A stretch of 64,000 bases of DNA from Veleropilina oligotropha (lineage: Eukaryota). Positions 58,656-64,000 of this stretch are shown here, piece after piece (position 1 is the stretch's first letter; each line of letters starts with the position of its first letter). The position numbers and the translations under genes are program-made. The stretch spans positions 1 to 64,000 of the forward strand of contig JBEUKZ010000034.1 in the NCBI GenBank assembly GCA_048128005.1. Reading direction: 5' to 3'. Under the pieces are notes generated by a model, which made no database searches, was not told the origin of the DNA, and was given only the letters and a program-made list of their open reading frames with translations.

Positions 58656-60779
58656 AGTTGCGTTTATTCTTAGCCCGTTCAGCCGTCTACTGCTGTCGCT
58701 GACCCCAAAAAAAAGATTTGACCCAGAGAAAAATCTTTGCTCCAGAAATAAATATTTTGTCATGAAACGGGTCACCGACCCAGATAAAAGGTTTTAATCC
58801 AGATGTAAACAAGCGGACAGTTCATTCTCTAAATGGAAATTCTACATGTAACAATGAGACAGCAATACAAATTCTACATGTCACAATGAGTCGGCAGCTA
58901 TTCCGTTGATCTAGCAAATAAATATTCTCGAGAACGGGAGCACTAGGTCAGCCTGAGCTATGAATAGTCCAGGATGCAAAATTTAACAATATCATTGACA
59001 GCGTGACCAAATAGACTATTCGAAGCTACCCTAGTTTCGATAGACGCGCTGTGTACACACGGTGACTTTTTGTAATACAATCCCTACCCTCAGTCCCGAA
59101 ATAGGGCTGGGAGCCCCCACCCCCGGGCCCCCGGACCCCACCCTAACTCCCTAGTCCCCCCCAGTACTACCAGCTCAGTTCTGAAATAGTGCTGGGAGCC
59201 TTATTTTTCCATTCTAAAAAGTCCAATCACCCCCCCTGCTGCTCAACGATATATATTTTCTTCATTTGTCGAAATATAGTGCTATTACTGTTGCGTACCT
59301 CTGTGTGACCTTTTGTATGACACGTGGTTTTCTTTGACGTGTACATCCATCCTGTTGAACCCTGCAAGAAATATTAAATTTAACGTATACTACATTTTAC
59401 TCAAGACATTTTATAATACTAATAATAATTCGTTATGGTGTAAAAAGGATGTGCTCATGTTAGTTTGAAACACTGTATGACACAGTAGTGGTTGGAATTA
59501 TCTTTAGAATGTACAGCGCTTAGCGCATTTACCAGAGAGTGCGTGTTACAAGTGAATGAAATATTATTATTACCTTTATCTTCAGACGATTTTCCTACAA
59601 CGACTGCAACCAAAATGACGACCGCGGCGCACCTGCAATTAAACATTATTATTTAAATAAAGCATCAAATACTGTAATAAAATTAATAATTGGCATAGAT
59701 TAAAGAAAATTGCTAGAATATATTTCAAAACCTTCTGAAAATAGCTTTTGAACTTACACAATATGCTTCATGTCGATAGAAAGAAATAATGAACAAAATG
59801 AATTACACTCGCTTGAAGATTGTAGAAAAGCAGGCCACTTTATACAGGGGTTGGATTAAAGGATTAAATGACGTCATCTGCTCGAGGGTGGTGGATTATC
59901 TGTGAGCAGAACTCACTGCGCTGGGATGGGCCCGTCTAATCATATCCCTGAGCAAATCTCACGGAGCTTTGACGAGCGTGTTTCGTCGTAAGTGACCTTA
60001 CTATAGCCTCGAGTAAAATATTAACGATACAAAAATAAAATCAAGCTCCAAAAAAATAATGGAATAAAAATGATATAAGCGCATGAAACATTAAAATATT
60101 CATATATGCTGGAAATTAAAATAATTCAATTTAAAAATCGCCTAGATGAGCATTTTAAGAAGCAGGACAGGTTATAGAGGACAAGACATGCAACTTCAAT
60201 GGGATTTTATATGAGTGGCATTAATGCTCTTTGTAAACCCAGACAAATTATATTTAAAATATATTTTTTTAATATCACATTTTAACTAGATCGATTTCAA
60301 AAATATTTCATTTGGTAATAAGGGATTTATGAACAGGTATAACGTATATAAACAGATATATATGTATATTAGATATGTGAATGCATTAATTATATGGACA
60401 TGGATTTCATAAATTATCAAATATACAACTCAACACTGAAAACGAGGCTTCCGGTCAACGGACATGTTTTAATAGTGTCTGAAAAACTTTAGTTTAAACA
60501 ATATTTATTAATAAGCGAAAAGTGCATACATTTTATATAACAATAAATATTTGAGGATTTAGCAACAAGAAGTGAGCCTTATATAAAGCTATCTCCTCTA
60601 GCATACATGAAGTAGCCCACGAGTCAACGTGCATGGGATGATAATAATAGTACTACAATACGAATTGATCATACACTTTGGAAGCAGCAAACTTTGTACG
60701 TAAGTATAATAATAATAATAATAATAATGGTGTATAATTAATCGTAGATAATTAATATGAATTATTGAGAGTATATTTT

Positions 60780-62516
60780 TTATTAAACAATATTTTATTA
60801 CAACTTACAGAATATACAAGTTACACGTATACATGTACAGGTGGCAATGAGGCAGCAGGTTAAACCTATGTAAGCCCCCTCGCCGGAATATTTACATTGG
60901 TGTATTACATTATTAAAGATAAAGTGCGGTAGGTAAGTCGTATATAATCAGTAATAGCTATTGTGAGAAATAATGAGTTAAGTGAGATACTGATTATAGA
61001 GTATGATCTTTCTGCTCAACAACTGATAACAATAATGAGAACATATATTATAGCAAATGCAATGAGAAGAACAAAAGCAATAGCAAAAACAAAAGCAAAA
61101 GCAACCCAGGGTGGTCTAATTTGTCGTGATCGTTATTTATAATTTATTCCTTTATTGAAAACGATTTGTTCTTTTTATGTACGTCTGAACAACTTTGAAT
61201 ATATTTTGGTTATCTTGGTAGCGGAAATCTATATTTCCGAATAGTAGGTCTGATATATTTAAGGTTCCCAGTTCATCTAACATGGACTGGCGCTCGCCTG
61301 TATAAGACGGGCAGTCAAGAAGGTAGTGGGAGACATCTTCGTTCCAGTAACCGCATGCACAACATGGACTCTCAGTGATATTTATTCGGAACAGGTATGC
61401 GTTTAGAGTACTACAGTATTTGTTTCTTAAGCGTGTATGTAAGATTGCAGACTTTCTATCCATCTCGTAATCATAATATCGTTTAATCGGTTGACGGATT
61501 AAAATTTTATTTTTAAAAATGCTAATCGACCTTGCATGTTTAGTTTCCGGCTCAAGATTATTCCATTCTTGAATAGTACGAGGAAAATATGATTTTCGAA
61601 AAACTTCAGTTCTTGCATTAACAGTAGATATGTGATGTCGGTTACGAAGTGAATATGGAGTTTGTGATTGTCTTACTGGGGGGAGCAAAATGCTTAGAGA
61701 AGAAGGACAGTGACCGTTATTAAGTTTGTACATTAAGATTAGCCTTTTGTTATGACGTCTAGTTTTTAAACTGTCCATATTTGCCTCTTTTAATAGGCAA
61801 TCGAGAGGACACCATTTTGGCAGACCTGTTATTATCCTAATAGCTTCGTTTTGCAAATTGTCTATTCGAGTTGATTGGTACTGTGTGATGTTATCCCAAA
61901 CTACAGACCCATATTCCAACATGGGTCTTATGAAAGCAAGATATATTGTACGTAGTGTAGCTCTATTGAAGTTATATTTATGCGAACGGAGTAATGCAAG
62001 TTGTAGTGAAACTTTTGCTATAATAGAATCGCAGTTATCTTTCCATGTTGCTGAGTTATTAAATATTAACCCAAGATGCTTATGCGTGTCTACTAGCGCA
62101 ATTGGGGTGCCGTCCATAACTGGTCTGGGAACAATGGCTTTTTTGGAACGTGTAATAAATAAACATTCAGTCTTAAGTGGGTTAAACTTAACCAACCACT
62201 TTTCAGCCCATCGATGGATAGTTTCCAGATCATCATTTATCATAGGAGATATATCTGAATCTGGAGGATGGACAAAAATTAACGATGTATCATCGGCAAA
62301 TAATCGTACATCTGATTTGACGTTTACATAAATATCATTGATAAAGATGAGGAACAATAATGGTCCCAGGACTGATCCTTGTGGTACCCCGGCATTTGTG
62401 AACCCCCATTGCGACATACTATTATTAATAACAACTCTTTGTCTGCGACCTCTTAAATAGTCCCTAAACCAATCTAATAAATGGCCAGTAATTCCAAATT
62501 CTTTAAGTTTCGTCAA
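60780..62516 (-). mobile_element. 5'-truncated CR1-like LINE (RT C-terminal half, ORF 61152..62516)
   Basis: GVPQGSVLGP, LFADD, HKHLG and CACG...HYLLDC; AATAAAATATTGTTT 3' end. Confidence 0.92.
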
Positions 62517-62759
62517 TATTCACACGTATACGTGAGGAATATTGAATATGAATGTGAATTATGTCGAATAAGTATGAATATTCATGCGTGAATTCACAAA
62601 TAGTAAGTAGGAATATAATCGTTCGATATAAAATAGTAACTCTGCTGGTATGATTACACTATTGATTTACAATGACATTATGCATTATTAAGTATAATAT
62701 TGTAACTTGAATTACGTGTATCCTATATTTCGATGATTTTATTGCTTGTCTGTTTATTA

Positions 62760-63800
62760 ATGTATTTGTAAAATTGATATATTTTATAAAGTAAAACAAA
62801 TGACTATACAAATCTTTTAGTTGCAATAATGAATCTCTGTACGGTACTGAATATCTCCAAATTGATAGTATATGTTAGCACAGGGCTACCGTGCAAGAGA
62901 CTATCAATTCTAAACATATGTGGTAATATGTTTATAGTGCGCTGTCGAATATGATGATACATGGTGCATTCTAAGAGATAATGTTTTGCTGTTTCAACTT
63001 GCCCACATAAACATAAATCAGTTGGGGACACATGGTTTCGAAATAGATCATAATTTATCGAGCTACAACCAAGGCGCAGTCTTGTGTGATGAACTTGAGC
63101 TAGTCTGTCCCCCAATAAATAATATTGTGGTGGTGTTACGGCGTTTGTATTTAAATACGAGATCAGGGATTGGAGGGAGCAATTTGTCTTAATATTTTCG
63201 GGGAGAAGGTTCCACTCGCTGGCTGTTTTAGTAATGAAAGAGTTAAAATATAGATTTGTTTTCGACGATGGTAGTTCTATGTTAGAGCGGTTCCGAAGAT
63301 TCCTATCACTACAATCTTTAGTTATGGGTGGAACTAATATTTGGGAGTAGAGTGGGGTAATTTTGTTGACCATTTATTCGATGTTTATAACGTCGATATG
63401 ATAGACTCTCCCATTTTGTCTCTTCCGCAAGTCTTGCAGAAGAGCATGATTTAGTTGGTTACAATTCGACTTGCCTCTGTTTGAATTTTTTCTATTTCAT
63501 CTTTTTCGTAACCGGTTCAATTTTCCCATACTATATCTGCGTATTCCAAAATTGGCCTAATAAAAGAAAAATACATTGTTTGCAGAGATCGTCTGTCTAG
63601 CCTATATTTTAAATTTCGCAAGATACTGATTCTTTTCCACGCTTTGGATGTAATTTCATCGATATGTGAGTGCCATACAAGATTAGTATTAAAGCTTAAA
63701 TCTAAATGTTTATGACAATTGACTGATTTTACGATAGTATTATTCATGACAATAATTATTAGGATGATGTTGTGTGAAAGTTTTCCTTGTTAGGAGTTCA
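62760..63800 (-). mobile_element. Degenerate CR1-like LINE 3' portion (ORFs 63517..63747, 62804..63373)
   Basis: HKHL, FIRPILEYADIVW, RLRLGCS and CLCG...HYLLEC. Confidence 0.85.
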
Positions 63801-63935
63801 AGTTATGAATCACAGATGTCCGCGTCTGGCCGAAGAGGGCGCGTTTACCCGGGCGACCGAGGTTTCCTCCCACGATAACACGGACATGTCCTGCCTTGAA
63901 CCTCGATGTTGTAAATATACAGGACATTAAAAATC
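63800..63935 (+). mobile_element. 5'-truncated SINE copy (34319 family)
   Basis: TGGCCGAAGAGGGCG...CGATAACACGGACATGTCCTGCCTTGAACCTCGATG matches 34459-34560. Confidence 0.85.
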
Positions 63936-64000
63936 ACTCTAATCTCCTTCCCGTCGTCCACAGCCTTACTAAAAGTATTATATATATCCATAAGCTGTAT

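Larger units (their letters stand above)
45761..59200. mobile_element. Second, GC-rich, decayed polinton-like endogenous virus (left end deleted, right end approximate)
   Basis: Abrupt GC shift; integrase, A32 ATPase, MCP, mCP and PolB/helicase genes with frameshifts. Confidence 0.88.
39951..59771 (-). pseudogene. Host EGF-CFC (Cripto/Cryptic/oep-like Nodal co-receptor) gene, disrupted. Exons 59758-59771, 59574-59632, 59299-59361, remnant 41264-41284, 40737-40885, 39951-40141
   Basis: GT-AG, phase-compatible exons give the signal peptide MKHIVCAAVVILVAVVVG, EGF end GSCACATDFRGKHC, CFC domain CGSL...CNLCRCSDG...CVP...GC and a hydrophobic GPI-like tail. Linking the 5' exons to the CFC exons is inference. 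Confidence 0.75.

Overview
This is AT-rich, repeat-dense animal genomic DNA, probably from a marine invertebrate (inferred). (1) Positions 12035-28927 hold an apparently intact ~16.9 kb Polinton/Maverick (adintovirus-like) element. It has ~1.2 kb terminal inverted repeats containing TTAGGG telomere-like arrays, and encodes protein-primed PolB, an rve-chromodomain integrase, major and minor capsid proteins, an A32 packaging ATPase, a PC4-like protein and a candidate EndoU-type RNase. No adenain protease is visible. A complete type III hammerhead ribozyme (22208-22265) follows an A-rich tract just 3' of polB, where polB converges on the capsid gene cluster. (2) A CR1/L2-clade LINE at 28928-~36780 carries several levels of nested insertions. 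(3) A minus-strand spliced host EGF-CFC (Cripto-like) gene spans 39951-59771. An LTR element breaks its EGF exon, and a second, decayed polinton-like virus (~45761-59200) lies within it, encoding a PolB-like/SF1 helicase/HNH fusion, integrase, capsid proteins, an ATPase and many membrane proteins. (4) The rest comprises satellites, tRNA-derived SINEs, palindromic MITEs and further LINE fragments. All family assignments come from motif recognition by eye; no database searches were run.
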